From Bacteroidales bacterium (GTDB lineage: Bacteria > Bacteroidota > Bacteroidia > Bacteroidales > UBA3663): DNA of 64,000 nt. Where the stretch lies: NCBI GenBank assembly GCA_045600485.1, contig JAZRXX010000084.1:7449-71448 (forward strand). Reading direction: 5' to 3'. This document shows positions 32,899 through 43,277 of the stretch, one piece after another. Position 1 is the stretch's first letter; each line of letters begins with the position of its first letter. The notes under the pieces were generated by a model, which did not search any database, was not told the origin of the DNA, and saw nothing but the letters and a program-made list of their open reading frames with translations. Made by a program: the position numbers and the translations under genes.

Positions 32899-34661
32899 GC
32901 CAATGAGTTCTTGTACATCATGCACACATCCTTATAGGCGACCAGTTCTTGAGGGTCTGTAATACCACTTTCTATCTGATCCACGGATTGGCTGTAAGGG
33001 ATATCTGCCACCTCGAACCATTTTTCAGTCATTCTAACAACATCCTTGTAGCGTTGGTTGCTATAATAATAGCCAGCAGTACGCCACAGAAGAATTCTAT
33101 AGAAATCGCCCGCCATTGGGCGATTTTTCTTATATATTTCCTCGACTTCAGGAATCAGCGAGAATACAATTCTCATGCCTTCGTCATACTGATTCTGTCG
33201 CATCAGCATAATTGCATGACCAATACGGAAACGAGCCCACAAAAACCTTTCTCTGATCGAGCCGTTGGCATAGAGTTCCTCTACACGCGAGAAGGTAGAA
33301 TTATAGATTGTCTCTGCCAAGCTCCACTCTTCCATTTCTACCAACTGACGAATACAGCGTATGATTCGAGGATAAGTTACATTGGCATAGAACTTGGTCA
33401 TAGAGTCCACCTGTCGCAACTTCAGATAAATATCATACATTTTGGAATAATGGGCAATGGAAAGATCTCTGTGTCCAGCGAGACTTTCGCAATGACCGAG
33501 CATCTGCTGTGCAAGCACAGGAAGATAGAGCGCCAAAGCTTCGTCCGTTCTTTCCTCCACCATTTTATCCATTGTATCTTCAAACGGCAAGAGTAATTGC
33601 AAGACTTCATCGTACTTGTCCTGTTCGTAAAGGATGGCGGCCAGATTTACAGCCAGACGCATTCTTGTAAAAGGAGAAAGAGAATAGTCATCCAACTGTC
33701 TTCTCATAAAATCGACAGCATAGTCATACTCCTTCAGTTGGATAGCGATTGTCATGTATTCTTTGCCCTGATACTCGCCGAACGGCTCAATTTCCAGAAG
33801 TTGTTCCAACAAATTCTTTGCCTTACGCATGTTTTGCTCCGAACCTTCCAATTCCAACATGGTAATTTGGGTTTTCAGGAAGTATTGGATATCCTTCTGA
33901 CTCTGCATTTGGTCGTCCATTTCTGCATCAACCTTGGCATGAGCAGCCTGTACAGCGTTCAATGAGTTGACTGTCTCTCGATATTGGGTAATCAAGTTTT
34001 CGTTCTCGAAGATCTGCAAAGCCCTATCCAGGTCACCACTATTGAAAGCTTCAAAAGCGGCACTTTCCGATGCCGTTACACGAGTAATATCAACTCGCAC
34101 CAATCGGTCTATGTATTGCTCGACATCATTCAGTTTGGCTTCATATTTCTCAATGATTGCCTTTTTCTTTTTTTCGTAATCGACAGCCAGGATGTCAAGT
34201 TCATTCAACTCACGCAATTTCATCTTGTCAAACTGAGAACCGACTTGACTGGTAATGATACGGCTCAATTTAATGGCATTGTCCTGACTGATCATTACCA
34301 CCTCCAATGGCTTGTCGTCACGACGAATGACCAAATCACGCAGTAATTCCGGATTGAGAAGTTCGTAACCGGGGCGGGCAAACTGGCGGACCACGATTGG
34401 ATCACCTGGCTGCATCACATTGAAACGAAGCGTACAGGTACCCTCCTCGTCTGTCACTGTCGATCCGGCTCCTTTCACACTCACCTCAACTTGAGGCAGA
34501 GGTCTTTTGGTTGCATTAAGTGTCGGATTGTTGACATCAGGGATATACTCCTTGACGACAACTTTTTGATATATTTGCGCTATGACAGCGTTTGGGGACA
34601 TACACACGACAATACAATAAAATAGCAATGTATATAATCGTTCCCCTGTATTCCTAATCAT
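32877..34661 (-). CDS. Hypothetical secreted protein with coiled-coil/TPR-like helical repeats
   Basis: 594 aa. It has an N-terminal hydrophobic signal, a beta-rich domain after the signal and a long helical region. Its 3' end overlaps the convergent CHR gene by 22 nt. Confidence 0.6.
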   Translation of the reverse strand: MIRNTGERLYTLLFYCIVVCMSPNAVIAQIYQKVVVKEYIPDVNNPTLNATKRPLPQVEVSVKGAGSTVTDEEGTCTLRFNVMQPGDPIVVRQFARPGYELLNPELLRDLVIRRDDKPLEVVMISQDNAIKLSRIITSQVGSQFDKMKLRELNELDILAVDYEKKKKAIIEKYEAKLNDVEQYIDRLVRVDITRVTASESAAFEAFNSGDLDRALQIFENENLITQYRETVNSLNAVQAAHAKVDAEMDDQMQSQKDIQYFLKTQITMLELEGSEQNMRKAKNLLEQLLEIEPFGEYQGKEYMTIAIQLKEYDYAVDFMRRQLDDYSLSPFTRMRLAVNLAAILYEQDKYDEVLQLLLPFEDTMDKMVEERTDEALALYLPVLAQQMLGHCESLAGHRDLSIAHYSKMYDIYLKLRQVDSMTKFYANVTYPRIIRCIRQLVEMEEWSLAETIYNSTFSRVEELYANGSIRERFLWARFRIGHAIMLMRQNQYDEGMRIVFSLIPEVEEIYKKNRPMAGDFYRILLWRTAGYYYSNQRYKDVVRMTEKWFEVADIPYSQSVDQIESGITDPQELVAYKDVCMMYKNSLAQIPQNP

Positions 34662-34840
34662 GATAATAAAAATTTATGGTACCATTTGTAATTTACACAA
34701 TGGCTTTTTAGGGACATATAGTAGTTCTTAACGAGGACAAAGATATACAATAATATTGACATATAGCAAAAAACAGTTCAAAAAAATCACTTATTTTCAA
34801 AAAAAAAACTTCAAAATTTGCATTTTTGTCAAATATGGAG

Positions 34841-34848
34841 TAATTTTG
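34841..34848 (+). promoter_or_regulatory. Bacteroidetes-type -7 box TAnnTTTG (fbp)
   Basis: TAATTTTG, 33 nt upstream of ATG 34882. TTTG at 34817-34820 is a candidate -33 element. Confidence 0.5.
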
Positions 34849-34881
34849 CACACATAAAAACAAAAATTAGCATAAAAATCA

Positions 34882-36861
34882 ATGATAAATCCATCATTGG
34901 AGGAAACCCAATCAGACCTACGCTATCTGAAGTTATTGGCCGAAAAGTTCCCTACCATACCATCTGCGGCCACCGAGGTCATCAACCTTGAGGCCATCTT
35001 AAGTCTTCCTAAAGGAACCGAGCATTTCCTTTCCGATTTGCATGGCGAAGCAACTGCTTTCTCGCACGTACTGAAGAATGCCTCTGGCGTAATCCGTCGC
35101 AAAGTTGACGATGCTTTCGGCAATTCTTTGACCGAAGCCGAAAAGAGCGAACTCTGCGCACTCATCTATTATCCAGCAGAGGTTATTGACAAAGTCCGCA
35201 ACGAGAATCGTGACGATGAACAATGGCACACCAACATGATTCACCGGACCATAGAGATAGCCCGTCAGGTTTCGTCGAAATACACCCGTTCAAAAGTCCG
35301 CAAGCAATTACCCCAGGAATTTGCCTATGTCATCGAAGAGTTGATGCATCAGGATCGAATCGAAGATGACAAGGACCAGTATTACAACGCCATTGTCCGT
35401 ACGATTGTCGAGACCAAACGTTCCGATGAATTTATTATTGCCATCTGCAAACTGATTCACCGTCTGGCCATCGATACACTCCACATTGTTGGCGACATCT
35501 TCGACCGAGGACCAGGCGCCAGCCGTATTCTCGAGTCACTCAACAAGCACCATGACTACGATATTCAGTGGGGAAATCATGATATCGAATGGATGGGGGC
35601 TGCTGCAGGCAATCTGGCATTGATTGCCTCTGTGTTGCGCATTTCCATCCGTTATGCCAACGTCGAAACTTTAGAGGAAGGCTATTCCATCAATCTTCTT
35701 CCATTGGCGACATTGGCGATCGAAGTGTACGGAGATGATCCTTGCACCATCTGGCAAACCAAAGATTTCGAAAATAATCCACGACTCAAACGCTCTGCCC
35801 AACTCATGGCCAAGATGCATAAATGTATCTCGATCATGGAGTTCAAATTGACCGGCCAGCTCATCAAGAGGCATCCGGAATGGGGTATGGACGATCGTCT
35901 TTTCCTTCACCTCATCGACAAAAAGAAAGGTACTATTACCATCGATGGCAAAGAGCATGAACTGCTCGACAAGAACCTCCCCACCATCGATCCGACCGAT
36001 CCCTACAAGCTTTGTCCGGGAGAAGAACAGCTCATGCAGCAACTTGAACATTCGTTCCGCAGTTCCGAGAAACTCCAGCAGCACTTACGTCAGCTCTATC
36101 AGCACGGTTCACTTTTCTTGGTCCGCAACAACTGCTTGCTCTATCATGCAGCCATTCCACTCAACGACGATGGCTCCTTTATGGAACTTGAGGTCGATGG
36201 CAAGCGTGTCAAGGGCCGTGCCCTTATGGAACGTGTTGACAGCGTAATACGTCGTGCCTATTTCGGCAACAATGTTGTGCGCAAACAGAATGCACTTGAT
36301 TATATGCTTTATTTGTGGTGCGGACCTGGTTCTCCGCTCTACAACAAAGATAAAATGACCACATTCGAACGTTATTTCCTGGCCGACGAGTCGTTGTACA
36401 AAGAGAAGAAGGGCGCTTATTTCACCTTGGGCGACAATCGCGATACCTGTTGTCAGATTTTGCGAGAATTCGGACTTGATCCGAGCAAGAGCTACATCAT
36501 CAACGGGCATGTTCCTGTCCGAACACTCAAGGGAGAATCTCCTGTTCGTGCCGGAGGTATGCGTCTGGTTATCGATGGTGGCTTCTCTAAGCCCTATCAT
36601 GCCACTACAGGCATTGCAGGCTATACGCTCATCTACAACAGCCATGGACTTCAACTGGTTCAACACGATTCATTTGCGAGCAAGGAGGATGCCATCTCTA
36701 CCGGTGCAGACATCCACTCTCGTCTGCAGTTGGCCGAGTTCAAGGAACATCGCATGCTGGTTCGAGACACCGACCGTGGACAGGAACTCATCGAACAAGT
36801 CAACAATCTTCAAAAACTGCTTCTCGCCTACCGAAGTGGTATGATCAAAGAAAAAGGTTAA
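34882..36861 (+). CDS. fbp: Fructose-1,6-bisphosphatase class 3
   Basis: 659 aa. It has metallophosphoesterase motifs (VGDIFDRGP, WGNHDIEW) and the typical class 3 length. Confidence 0.9.
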   Translation: MINPSLEETQSDLRYLKLLAEKFPTIPSAATEVINLEAILSLPKGTEHFLSDLHGEATAFSHVLKNASGVIRRKVDDAFGNSLTEAEKSELCALIYYPAEVIDKVRNENRDDEQWHTNMIHRTIEIARQVSSKYTRSKVRKQLPQEFAYVIEELMHQDRIEDDKDQYYNAIVRTIVETKRSDEFIIAICKLIHRLAIDTLHIVGDIFDRGPGASRILESLNKHHDYDIQWGNHDIEWMGAAAGNLALIASVLRISIRYANVETLEEGYSINLLPLATLAIEVYGDDPCTIWQTKDFENNPRLKRSAQLMAKMHKCISIMEFKLTGQLIKRHPEWGMDDRLFLHLIDKKKGTITIDGKEHELLDKNLPTIDPTDPYKLCPGEEQLMQQLEHSFRSSEKLQQHLRQLYQHGSLFLVRNNCLLYHAAIPLNDDGSFMELEVDGKRVKGRALMERVDSVIRRAYFGNNVVRKQNALDYMLYLWCGPGSPLYNKDKMTTFERYFLADESLYKEKKGAYFTLGDNRDTCCQILREFGLDPSKSYIINGHVPVRTLKGESPVRAGGMRLVIDGGFSKPYHATTGIAGYTLIYNSHGLQLVQHDSFASKEDAISTGADIHSRLQLAEFKEHRMLVRDTDRGQELIEQVNNLQKLLLAYRSGMIKEKG

Positions 36862-37932
36862 ATGAAATTCAGCGACATCATCGGACAAGAGACCGCAGTC
36901 CAGAAACTGCGTGATGCCATCGACAAAGACAAACTGCCTCATGCTTTGTTGATCACAGGCCCGGAAGGATCTGGAGGCTTGCCATTGGCTCATGCTGCGG
37001 CACAATACATCATCTGCCAGCACAAGCACGACGGCGAAGCTTGTGGTACCTGTCCGGAGTGCATCCAGGCACAGAAATTGGGACATCCCGATCTGCATTG
37101 GGTTTACCCGATCATCAACAAGGGAGGTAGTGGCAAAGAGGCATCCGTAAGCGAAGACATGCTGGCAGATTGGCGTAAAGTCTATCTAAGCAATCCCTAC
37201 TTGACTCTGCCACAATGGATCCGCGAGATATCGGGCGACGAGAATAAACACGCACATATCTTTGTCAGTGAAGCTGCCGGCATTATCCGTACCCTTTCGA
37301 CCAAACCATTCGAGTCAGACTATCGAATCATGATTATCTGGTTGCCCGAAAAGATCAACGAAGATGCAGCCAACAAACTCTTGAAGATCATCGAGGAGCC
37401 CTACGACAAGACTTACTTCTTCTTGGTCAGCAACGATCCGGACCATATTATCGGTACAATCCAAAGTCGCGTCCAGCGACTACAATTGGCGCCTATCGAT
37501 GGACAAGGGAATTTCGTTCAGCCAGGCATACAACAGCCCGATGAAGAGGACAGACAGTTCTTCTTCGAAAAGTTTTGTGCCATGATGCGTCTCAGTTATG
37601 CACGCAAGCTGTTTGAGATGAAGGCTTGGAGCGATGAAATGGGAGCCCTCAAGCGCGAACGTGCCAAGAACTTCCTGCAATATGCACAGGTATTGATTCG
37701 CGAAAACTACATTCTGAACCTTCGTCAACCAGAGCTGAACTATATGAAACCCGACGAAGAGGAATTCAGCCAGAAGTTCTCCAGATTTGTGAATGCCAGG
37801 AACGTCGAAGGAATCATGAAAGAATTGGAAATAGCCGAAAATGACATAACACTCAATGTATCATCTAAAATGGTGTTTTTTGACCTCAGTTTGAAGTTAA
37901 TAATGCTACTTAAAGCTGGCACTCAAGGCTGA
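36862..37932 (+). CDS. holB: DNA polymerase III delta-prime subunit
   Basis: It has an AAA+-like N-terminus (HALLITGPEGSGG) and a Zn motif (CGTCPEC). It starts directly after the fbp stop. Confidence 0.8.
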   Translation: MKFSDIIGQETAVQKLRDAIDKDKLPHALLITGPEGSGGLPLAHAAAQYIICQHKHDGEACGTCPECIQAQKLGHPDLHWVYPIINKGGSGKEASVSEDMLADWRKVYLSNPYLTLPQWIREISGDENKHAHIFVSEAAGIIRTLSTKPFESDYRIMIIWLPEKINEDAANKLLKIIEEPYDKTYFFLVSNDPDHIIGTIQSRVQRLQLAPIDGQGNFVQPGIQQPDEEDRQFFFEKFCAMMRLSYARKLFEMKAWSDEMGALKRERAKNFLQYAQVLIRENYILNLRQPELNYMKPDEEEFSQKFSRFVNARNVEGIMKELEIAENDITLNVSSKMVFFDLSLKLIMLLKAGTQG

Positions 37933-37991
37933 TAACTGTATCAAAAGGGTTGTTTTACAACGAAATCTTTGGCTAAGTATATAATAATTAC

Positions 37992-37999
37992 TAATTTTG
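37992..37999 (+). promoter_or_regulatory. Bacteroidetes-type -7 box TAnnTTTG (rpoD)
   Basis: TAATTTTG, 25 nt upstream of ATG 38025. Confidence 0.5.
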
Positions 38000-38024
38000 C
38001 GCGTTAATTCCCCAAAAAAGAATT

Positions 38025-38885
38025 ATGAGACAGATAAAAATTACACAAAACATCACTCGACGCACCGAGGAATCCATCGAGAGCTACCTCACCGCGATCT
38101 CAAAGGAGCACATGGTCACACCAGACGAAGAAGTGGACCTTGCTCAAAGAATTCATAAAGGAGATCAGGTTGCATTGGATAAGCTGGTGAGAGCCAACTT
38201 GCGTTTCGTGGTATCAGTTGCAAAGCTTTATCAGAATCAAGGCTTAAGTCTTTCGGATCTTATTTCCGAAGGCAATGTTGGTCTTGTCAAGGCAGCCGAG
38301 AAATTCGATGAAACCCGTGGTTTCAAATTTATCTCCTATGCTGTATGGTGGATTCGTCAGAGTATCATGCAAGCCCTTTCCGAACAGGCTCGTATGGTTC
38401 GTCTGCCAGGCAACCAGAATAACCTGATTCGTCAGATCCGTGTCATACAGAATCGCTACGAACAGGAACTGAATCGTCCCGCCACAATCGAAGAGATTGC
38501 CGACGAACTCGATGTAGAACCAAGCAAGGTTCGTGAAACCATGGCTGCCAATAGCCGTGGCGTCAGCCTCGATTCTCCTTTGCAGGACGACGAAGATGGT
38601 ACCTTGCTCGATGTCACTCCCGACACCAAGCTCGATGCTACCGATTCTTCTTTGAGCAATGAATCTTTGCACATCGAACTTGACAATCTTCTCAAAAGCA
38701 TGCTCAAAGAGCGCGAAGCTTTGATTATCAAAGAAACCTTCGGTATCGATTGCCCTGAGAAGAGCCAGGAAGAGGTAAGCCAGGAGTTAGGATTAACTCG
38801 TGAGCGTGTTCGTCAGATTCGTGAACGTGCCCTATTGAAGATTCGCAAGAGCCCTAACGCAAAGTTGCTCCTTGCCTATCTTTAA
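38025..38885 (+). CDS. rpoD: Primary RNA polymerase sigma-70 factor
   Basis: 286 aa, the Bacteroidetes SigA size. It has regions 2 to 4 (RFVVSVAKLYQNQGLSLSDLISEGNVGLVKAAEKFD; LTRERVRQIRERAL). Confidence 0.9.
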   Translation: MRQIKITQNITRRTEESIESYLTAISKEHMVTPDEEVDLAQRIHKGDQVALDKLVRANLRFVVSVAKLYQNQGLSLSDLISEGNVGLVKAAEKFDETRGFKFISYAVWWIRQSIMQALSEQARMVRLPGNQNNLIRQIRVIQNRYEQELNRPATIEEIADELDVEPSKVRETMAANSRGVSLDSPLQDDEDGTLLDVTPDTKLDATDSSLSNESLHIELDNLLKSMLKEREALIIKETFGIDCPEKSQEEVSQELGLTRERVRQIRERALLKIRKSPNAKLLLAYL

Positions 38886-38890
38886 TCATT

Positions 38891-40024
38891 ATGGCTGGAC
38901 TCTACATACATGTCCCCTTTTGCGCTTCAAGGTGCATATATTGCGATTTCTACTCCACTACGGGTAGGAATCGCTCTCTTTTTGTAGAGCGTATTCTCGA
39001 TGAACTGAAAACCTACACTTCCACCCCATCCAACATCTTCTCATCTTCATTTCTTCACACCCTCTATCTCGGTGGTGGCACGCCCTCGCAATTATCATCC
39101 GATGAATTGAACAGATTGGTCGAAGGATTAAAATCACACTTGGACCTGAGTCAGTTGATTGAGTTTACTATGGAGATGAATCCTGAAGATGTAACGCAAG
39201 ACTATGTTCAGGCTCTTCCGCCCGAAATCAACCGCGTAAGCATGGGTGTTCAGAGTTTCGTTGACAGCGAATTGCTTATGCTTCGTCGTCGCCACAATGC
39301 CCAACGACCAGCCGATGCCATCCGTTTGCTTCACGACCACGGCATCAGCAACATAAGCATAGACTTGATGTACGGTCTTCCCAACCAGACACTCGAAAGC
39401 TTTGACTTCAGCATCACGCAGGCACTCTCGCTCCATACTCAACACATATCTGCCTACTGCCTTTCGGTCGAAGAGGGAACCGAGCTCCATCGCAAAGTTG
39501 AGAACGGACAGCTACAACCTGCCGACGATGAACTCTGCAACAAGATGAATGCCCTGCTCCGCTCCCGATTACAGCAAGCCGGGTTCGTCCAGTACGAAAT
39601 CAGCAACTATGCCCTCCCCGGCTTCGAATCTCGGCACAATTCTTCCTATTGGCACGGAACGCCCTATCTCGGTCTGGGTCCAGGAGCTCATTCTTACGAT
39701 GGCCTGCGCACCCGTTGGTTCAACGATCCCGATCTCCAGTCCTACATCAATGGTTGTTCCGAACAGCAGTATGAAACGCTTACAGACGATGAACTCTACA
39801 ACGAGGCTGTTATGCTTCAGCTCCGTACTCGCGAGGGTGTGAACACTACAGCATTGCAGCTGCAATATCCTTCGCAGTACAAAACAGCCTTTCTACCATC
39901 ACTCGACCAGCTGCGCCAAAAGGGATGGATCACTACGCACACACTTGCAAACGACACACATATAGCACTCACTTCATCAGGGCTTGATATGGCCGATGAA
40001 GTCATGCGACAGTTGATGATATGA
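38891..40024 (+). CDS. hemW: Radical SAM heme chaperone HemW (HemN-like)
   Basis: It has the CxxxCxxC motif (CASRCIYCDF), is 377 aa long and has a HemN_C-like tail. Confidence 0.85.
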   Translation: MAGLYIHVPFCASRCIYCDFYSTTGRNRSLFVERILDELKTYTSTPSNIFSSSFLHTLYLGGGTPSQLSSDELNRLVEGLKSHLDLSQLIEFTMEMNPEDVTQDYVQALPPEINRVSMGVQSFVDSELLMLRRRHNAQRPADAIRLLHDHGISNISIDLMYGLPNQTLESFDFSITQALSLHTQHISAYCLSVEEGTELHRKVENGQLQPADDELCNKMNALLRSRLQQAGFVQYEISNYALPGFESRHNSSYWHGTPYLGLGPGAHSYDGLRTRWFNDPDLQSYINGCSEQQYETLTDDELYNEAVMLQLRTREGVNTTALQLQYPSQYKTAFLPSLDQLRQKGWITTHTLANDTHIALTSSGLDMADEVMRQLMI

Positions 40025-41085
40025 AACAGTTTCTCGAACTCATACAGGTTGCCATTGGCACACGCAACGAACTCTCCTCCACCCCGACGCAGAAGGAGTG
40101 GGAAGCCATGTACCGGATGAGCCAGAAACAGGCCATGGTTGGCATCGCTTTCAGTGGCATCGAACGTCTGCCTATCAATCAGCGCCCGGTTATCGACCTC
40201 ACTTATCCATGGAGCGAAGAGGTCAAAGCCATCGAAGCCAGCAATCAGCAAGTACAGAAGCGTGCCAGCCAGTTGCTTCGGCATCTCGATCACGACGGAT
40301 TTCATACCCTCATATTGAAAGGAATTTCCTATTCACAATACTACCCCGAATCACTTCGTAATCGACGCACACCCGGTGACATCGACGTCCTCATGTGGCC
40401 GAAAGAGGGAGAAAGAATAAAGGATAAAGGTAAAAAGGAAGGTGATCAGGAAAAGGTCATCCAATACTGCCTGAACTTGCTGCCCAATCAGCATGTGTGC
40501 TATATCCATGTCGATTTCCCTGTATTCAGCGACATTCCCGTCGAAGCTCATTTCCGTCCCTCTTTTCTTTGCAATCCATTCCAGAACAGGAAACTCCAGC
40601 AATGGTTCGAAGCACAAAAGGCAACTCTCCTAACCTCCGATCCAACGCAGTTTCACCTCATCTGCTGCGAGCTTCATCTCTTCAAGCACCTATTTGAGAC
40701 CGGGTTCGGCATGCGACAGTTGCTTGACTATTATTTCCTGCTCAATCAGGCGAACGCTGTTCCTGAGTTGCCCTTCCTGCCTTCGACATTCCACAAGGCA
40801 CTCATCGAACTGGTCAATTACCTTTTCTCACCCACCAATAGGAAATCCTCACAGCAGACAGAAAGAGATTTTCTACTCAATGAAGTCATGATGGGAGGAA
40901 ACTTCGGACAGCATGATCCTCGCATCCAATCCACACATAGTTCTGCAGCCTACGCCTGGGAGAAGCTTAAGCACAACTTCCGCCTCATCAAGCATTACCC
41001 CTCCGAAGTGTTGTGGGAACCATTGTTCCGTATCTATCATTACTTTTGGCGTCAAACAGTCATCCATCATCTGACTAAAAAATAA
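40021..41085 (+). CDS. Uncharacterised nucleotidyltransferase-family protein
   Basis: The PGDIDVLMWP motif is typical of the NTP_transf_5-like family. Its start overlaps the hemW stop (ATGA). Confidence 0.55.
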   Translation: MKQFLELIQVAIGTRNELSSTPTQKEWEAMYRMSQKQAMVGIAFSGIERLPINQRPVIDLTYPWSEEVKAIEASNQQVQKRASQLLRHLDHDGFHTLILKGISYSQYYPESLRNRRTPGDIDVLMWPKEGERIKDKGKKEGDQEKVIQYCLNLLPNQHVCYIHVDFPVFSDIPVEAHFRPSFLCNPFQNRKLQQWFEAQKATLLTSDPTQFHLICCELHLFKHLFETGFGMRQLLDYYFLLNQANAVPELPFLPSTFHKALIELVNYLFSPTNRKSSQQTERDFLLNEVMMGGNFGQHDPRIQSTHSSAAYAWEKLKHNFRLIKHYPSEVLWEPLFRIYHYFWRQTVIHHLTKK

Positions 41086-41086
41086 T

Positions 41087-41114
41087 CCCCAGTTACACAA
41101 ATGTGAAACTGGGG
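41087..41114. terminator. Hairpin between the convergent nucleotidyltransferase and HIT genes
   Basis: CCCCAGTT-acacaaatgtga-AACTGGGG (8 bp) followed by TTATTCATT. Confidence 0.5.
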
Positions 41115-41136
41115 TTATTCATTCTGGATGGAAAAA

Positions 41137-41562
41137 TCAAAGTTCCTTCTTGATCTTCTCGATCATCTCCTGATATTCAGCATCTGTCAAATAGACCTTA
41201 CCTGGATTCATCTGGAAGATACCACCATAATCAGGACCATCAACATACTTTGGAGCCAAATGGAAATGCAGGTGGCTCAGTTTGTCACTATATGCACCAT
41301 AATTGATCTTCTCTGGATTGAAGGCACGCTGCATAGCACGTGTGGCCTGAGCTACATCTGCCATGAAGTCATTACGCTGTTGGTCGTTCAACTCATTGAG
41401 ATCATTGACATGTTCATCGTAGCTGACAAGGCAACGACCACGATAGGTCTGCTCCTTGAAGAGGAAAAGACGAGAAACACGCAAGTGGCAAATCTCGATC
41501 ATGAGATTGTGTAAAGTCTCATTGTTAGTGCAATAAAGGCACTCTTTTGGATCACTGTACAT
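41137..41562 (-). CDS. HIT-family nucleotide hydrolase/transferase
   Basis: It has the histidine triad HLHFHLAP. I prefer the start at MYSDPKECLYC (41562), because the track start 41691 overlaps the upstream gene. Confidence 0.8.
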   Translation of the reverse strand: MYSDPKECLYCTNNETLHNLMIEICHLRVSRLFLFKEQTYRGRCLVSYDEHVNDLNELNDQQRNDFMADVAQATRAMQRAFNPEKINYGAYSDKLSHLHFHLAPKYVDGPDYGGIFQMNPGKVYLTDAEYQEMIEKIKKEL

Positions 41563-41596
41563 AAGATTTAATATTTTGGGGTTATTTGAATGAGAG

Positions 41597-42439
41597 TCAG
41601 AATAGCGTCGGTTCCAAAGGATTCTTGTCATTGAAATAATAGATTCTTGATGGTTCTGTTCGTGCCAATGGCAAAAGTGTAATTCCACCAAATCCCACCG
41701 TTGCCCCCATCGTCGTCAAAGCCTTCGATGCAGACTGATATGCCTTATCGGGGGTATTATTGTCGGCCGAAAGATGACAAAGGAAGACATGTTTGATTTC
41801 CGGATGATAGACGCTTGCCAGCAACTGGGCACATTCTTCGTTGCTCAGATGTCCACCCTCTCCACGCACGCGAACCTTTAAATAATATGGATAGGATCCA
41901 TTCATCAGCATATCGACATCGTGGTTCGATTCGATGACCAGATGATTGCCCATGCTCACATATTTTCGGATGTCAGGAGTAACGTATCCACAATCAGTCA
42001 CCAGGCAGAAACATTCGTGCTCCTCACCTTCTGTCCATTCGATAAAGTAACCTACGTTGTCATGGCTGTCGTGTGGTACCGTGAATGGCGTGAGTTTGAA
42101 TCCGGTCAATGGCACATCAATAGCCTCATCGCGTTGCAAGTAACGTCGGCTGATGGTAGGAATCTTCTTTTGCAATCCATAGTTTCGATCCATGCCATCG
42201 TGCACCTCCTTGGTCGTATAGACAGGACATTCCATAAGGCTCGACACCATCGATGCACCACGAATGTGATCGGTGTGGTCGTGAGTAATGAACAATGCAC
42301 GGATTGGAACTTCAAGCAGACCGTTGTTTTTCAGTATCTGTCGGATTGTACGACCAGCAATGCCGGCATCGATCAGTATAGCATACCGATCGGTTCCCAA
42401 ATAGTAGCAATTACCGCTACTACCACTGCCCAGACACAT
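41597..42439 (-). CDS. MBL-fold metallo-hydrolase
   Basis: It has the THDHTDHI motif. I prefer ATG 42439 (MCLGSGSSGN); the track uses GTG 42451. Confidence 0.8.
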   Translation of the reverse strand: MCLGSGSSGNCYYLGTDRYAILIDAGIAGRTIRQILKNNGLLEVPIRALFITHDHTDHIRGASMVSSLMECPVYTTKEVHDGMDRNYGLQKKIPTISRRYLQRDEAIDVPLTGFKLTPFTVPHDSHDNVGYFIEWTEGEEHECFCLVTDCGYVTPDIRKYVSMGNHLVIESNHDVDMLMNGSYPYYLKVRVRGEGGHLSNEECAQLLASVYHPEIKHVFLCHLSADNNTPDKAYQSASKALTTMGATVGFGGITLLPLARTEPSRIYYFNDKNPLEPTLF

Positions 42440-42456
42440 GAAACGAAGCACGATTT

Positions 42457-42514
42457 TTAAAATTAAAAGTTAAAAGTTAAAAATTAAAAATTGAAAGTTA
42501 AAAATTAAAAATTT
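42457..42514. repeat. Heptanucleotide tandem tract (TTAAAAR)n
   Basis: TTAAAAG TTAAAAG TTAAAAA TTAAAAA TTGAAAG TTAAAAA TTAAAAA (42463-42511). It lies 18 nt upstream of the MBL-hydrolase ATG on the minus strand. Confidence 0.9.
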
Positions 42515-42518
42515 AACA

Positions 42519-43256
42519 TCATTTGCCAATCAAGAAGATGCTTGGAACTCTTGGGATGTGAGTCTGCATCTGCTCCTCACTGAGACCTTTCAGCAACTGC
42601 TTCCAATCTGCCATCGTACGGGTTTTGATCAACTCGTCAGGACACGTGATGTTGCTGGCCAGACAAATGCGAGTCTGCGGACGAAGCGTCTGCAACAGAG
42701 TCTGCATCATCTTCACATTGCGATAAGGGGTTTCGATGAAGAGCTGTGTCTGATCCTCGCCATAGGCACGAGCCTCGAGTTGCTTGATCTTGTTGGTACG
42801 TTGACCATCGTCAATCGGCAGATATCCGTTGAAAGCGAAGCTCTGACCATTCAATCCCGATCCCATCACACTCATAATCATGCTCGATGGACCCACCAGA
42901 GGAACCACTTTCAGTCCTTTGCGTTGTGCAATGGCAACAACATCGGCACCAGGATCCGCTACAGCCGGACAACCAGCCTCACTGATGATACCTACAGGCT
43001 TCTTCTGCTTGATGAGTGGTTCAAGGTATTGGTCAATATGCTGACGGTCTGTATGCTGGTTGAGTTCGTAGAACGTCAACGAATCGATATCTATGCTCTG
43101 CTCAACCTTCTTCAAGAAACGACGGGCACTGCGGATATTCTCCACAATGAAATGTCGTATCTCCACAATCACATCATGATTGTAGGCTGGAATCACTTGG
43201 TTGATAGGAGTGTCGCCCAGAGTGACTGGAATGAGGTAAAGCGCAGGTTCTAACAT
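42519..43256 (-). CDS. Tetrapyrrole-methylase-fold SAM-dependent methyltransferase (RsmI-like)
   Basis: LYLIPVTLGD is near the N-terminus and ISEAGCPAVADPG is also present. I chose the start at ATG 43256. Confidence 0.65.
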   Translation of the reverse strand: MLEPALYLIPVTLGDTPINQVIPAYNHDVIVEIRHFIVENIRSARRFLKKVEQSIDIDSLTFYELNQHTDRQHIDQYLEPLIKQKKPVGIISEAGCPAVADPGADVVAIAQRKGLKVVPLVGPSSMIMSVMGSGLNGQSFAFNGYLPIDDGQRTNKIKQLEARAYGEDQTQLFIETPYRNVKMMQTLLQTLRPQTRICLASNITCPDELIKTRTMADWKQLLKGLSEEQMQTHIPRVPSIFLIGK

Positions 43257-43277
43257 TAAAATAGATATTTTACTGCG

